From positions 1-39,624 of the forward strand of contig JAZRZY010000059.1 in the NCBI GenBank assembly GCA_045601605.1: a stretch of 39,624 nt of DNA. Reading direction: 5' to 3'. Positions 38,294-39,624 of the stretch are shown one piece after another (position 1 is the first letter of the stretch; each line of letters opens with the position of its first letter). Under the pieces are notes generated by a model. It saw only the letters and a list, made by a program, of their open reading frames with translations. It did not search any database and was not told the origin of the DNA. This DNA is from Eubacteriales bacterium. GTDB taxonomy: Bacteria; Bacillota; Clostridia; Oscillospirales; SIG627. The translations under genes were made by a program, and so were the position numbers.

Positions 38294-38322
38294 ATAATAC
38301 ACTTAAATTTATATAATGTCAA
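38294..38322 (-). promoter_or_regulatory. Candidate promoter of the yicC-remA-gmk-rpoZ unit
   Basis: Minus strand: TTGACA, 17-nt spacer, then TATTAT, in a very AT-rich spacer. Confidence 0.5.
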
Positions 38323-38355
38323 CGCAAAAATCTTTGAAAAAATGCGCAAGATCGG

Positions 38356-38384
38356 TTGACACGCTCGGAAAAATGTGCTATAAT
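38356..38384 (+). promoter_or_regulatory. Consensus sigmaA promoter of tRNA-Pro
   Basis: TTGACA, 17-nt spacer, then TGcTATAAT. The tRNA 5' end lies 14 nt downstream. Confidence 0.8.
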
Positions 38385-38397
38385 CCCTCACGCAGAT

Positions 38398-38474
38398 CTG
38401 GGTGTGGCGCAGATTGGTAGCGCGCTACCTTGGGGTGGTAGAGGCCGTGGGTTCAAATCCCGCCACTCAGACCA
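38398..38474 (+). tRNA. tRNA-Pro (anticodon GGG), CCA encoded
   Basis: Hand-folded cloverleaf. Acceptor ctgggtg/cactcag, D arm gcgc-agattggta-gcgc, anticodon arm ctacc-ttGGGgt-ggtag, T arm gtggg-ttcaaat-cccgc, discriminator a, then cca. Confidence 0.9.
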
Positions 38475-38477
38475 AAA

Positions 38478-38508
38478 GCCAAAGAGCCGCTTGGTTCTTT
38501 GGCTTTTT
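38478..38508 (+). terminator. Rho-independent terminator after tRNA-Pro
   Basis: gccaaagagcc-gctt-ggttctttggc followed by ttttt. Confidence 0.85.
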
Positions 38509-38554
38509 CTTTGCCTTTCAGGTATTCGGAAACACGGGACGCGGGGAGGAAGTT

Positions 38555-39613
38555 TTGGAAAAAAGCGATTTGAAGTGTTTGAGAAAGCATTGCCTCGAAC
38601 ACGGTGAATTAACCCTGCAAGACGTCTTCAAGTTTTTGCACCAAAGCGTTTTCGGTTGCGAGCATCTTGTGGGCGATTTGTCTGATGCCACCGATGGAAT
38701 TGTGCGGGAGTTTGCGCGTTCTTCCGTTTTCGGAGACACTGTTGTCGAGCCTCTTGACGGGCCGTATTGTCGAGTGGATCTCGGCATTTTAAATCGCGGA
38801 ATGAGCGCCGATACCCTTGGGAAGCTTTTTCATCTATCCGCTCGGGAAACCGCGGGCGACGCGGGAGAACTTCGCGGGAAGAAGCCGAACGTGCGCCGGC
38901 TTCTGTGCGGAGAACTCCGCCTGTTTGACAGCGGCGCGTTTGACGCAGCATGGACTCTATGGGAACAAGAGGGTTTTTGCGCCGTGCGCCACTCTTCGAC
39001 GTTTCGGGAAAAATATATGCCGTCTTATCGGGTGATTTCAGCGCGATTTGTCCCGTTTTTGCCGCTTTTTTGTGAGATCGATCGTGCGCTTCAAAAAGGG
39101 AATTTTACACTTGCGTTGGAAGGTGGAAGTGCAAGCGGTAAAACGACTTTGAGTTCTTTACTCGCAGAGGTGTATAGCGCAACGGTTTTCCATATGGACG
39201 ACTTTTTCCTGCAACCGCATCAGCGTACTCCCGAGCGTCTGTCGGCGGTCGGCGGAAACGTTGATTGGGAACGATTTTTGGAGGAGGTCTTGATTCCGGC
39301 AAAAGAGCGGAGAGAAGTCACTTATCGAAAATTTGATTGCTCCGTGATGTCGCTCGGCGAAGCGCAGACCATCAAGCCGAGCCGATTTGTAATCGTTGAA
39401 GGCGTATATTCATTCCATCCGAAGCTTGCGCCGTTTTACGATTGGTGTGCTTACTTGAAGATTGAGGGCGAACTTCAAAAAGAACGTATTTTGAAGCGCA
39501 ATTCGCCTGAATATGCTCATCGCTTCTTTGAGGAGTGGATCCCGCCGGAGAACCGCTATTTTGAATTGACCTCTCTTGAAGAAAGATGCAACTTAATCAT
39601 ACAAGTGAAATAA
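38555..39613 (+). CDS. Two-domain protein: unknown N-terminal domain plus uridine-kinase/PRK-like P-loop NTPase
   Basis: Walker A GGSASGKTT, FHMDDFF, IVEGVY. The track ORF start (38402) lies inside the tRNA. TTG 38555 after ggggagga is the first plausible start, and there is no in-frame ATG before residue ~135. Confidence 0.6.
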   Translation: MEKSDLKCLRKHCLEHGELTLQDVFKFLHQSVFGCEHLVGDLSDATDGIVREFARSSVFGDTVVEPLDGPYCRVDLGILNRGMSADTLGKLFHLSARETAGDAGELRGKKPNVRRLLCGELRLFDSGAFDAAWTLWEQEGFCAVRHSSTFREKYMPSYRVISARFVPFLPLFCEIDRALQKGNFTLALEGGSASGKTTLSSLLAEVYSATVFHMDDFFLQPHQRTPERLSAVGGNVDWERFLEEVLIPAKERREVTYRKFDCSVMSLGEAQTIKPSRFVIVEGVYSFHPKLAPFYDWCAYLKIEGELQKERILKRNSPEYAHRFFEEWIPPENRYFELTSLEERCNLIIQVK

Positions 39614-39624
39614 AAAAGAGACGC

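Noticed and set aside
38356-38607. ORF 38356-38607 and the 5' part of ORF 38402-39613
   Set aside because: They read through the tRNA-Pro gene and its terminator. A CDS cannot start there.

Overview
Firmicutes/Clostridia-type chromosomal window, called from motifs and synteny read by eye; no database search was run. About 93% is conserved housekeeping DNA.

Plus strand:
- A complete F1Fo ATP synthase operon, atpI-B-E-F-H-A-G-D-C (2957-9611), plus one trailing membrane-anchored ORF.
- rqcH, then fhs-tsaE-tsaB-rpiB.
- A long-form SRP RNA, followed by dnaX-ybaB-recR and an odd 8-TM protein.

Minus strand:
- A four-gene envelope operon: MBOAT, DHHW, a membrane protein and a beta-repeat protein.
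- The classic cluster yicC-remA-gmk-rpoZ | priA-def-fmt-rsmB-rlmN-stp-prkC-rsgA.

Right end: a monocistronic tRNA-Pro(GGG) and a two-domain P-loop kinase-like gene.

Left end (~2.7 kb): visibly AT-rich and looks accessory. It holds an orphan ABC/AAA-type ATPase and a zinc-ribbon + lipoprotein gene pair. It is dense in repeats, including three copies of a conserved intergenic element.

I see no clearly new multi-gene system such as a defence island, CRISPR array or retroelement. The most unusual items are:
1. The repeat-punctuated islet.
2. A P1B-ATPase-like membrane protein that has lost its nucleotide-binding domain and catalytic motifs.
3. The MBOAT/DHHW operon fused to a membrane + beta-repeat pair, with a divergent orphan solute-binding lipoprotein.
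4. A c-subunit with a two-carboxylate Na+-type ion-binding signature.
5. An epsilon subunit lacking its C-terminal helical domain.

Many ORF-track starts are upstream over-extensions. I re-set starts where an RBS or translational coupling supports it. The long antisense ORFs are codon-phase shadows of real genes.
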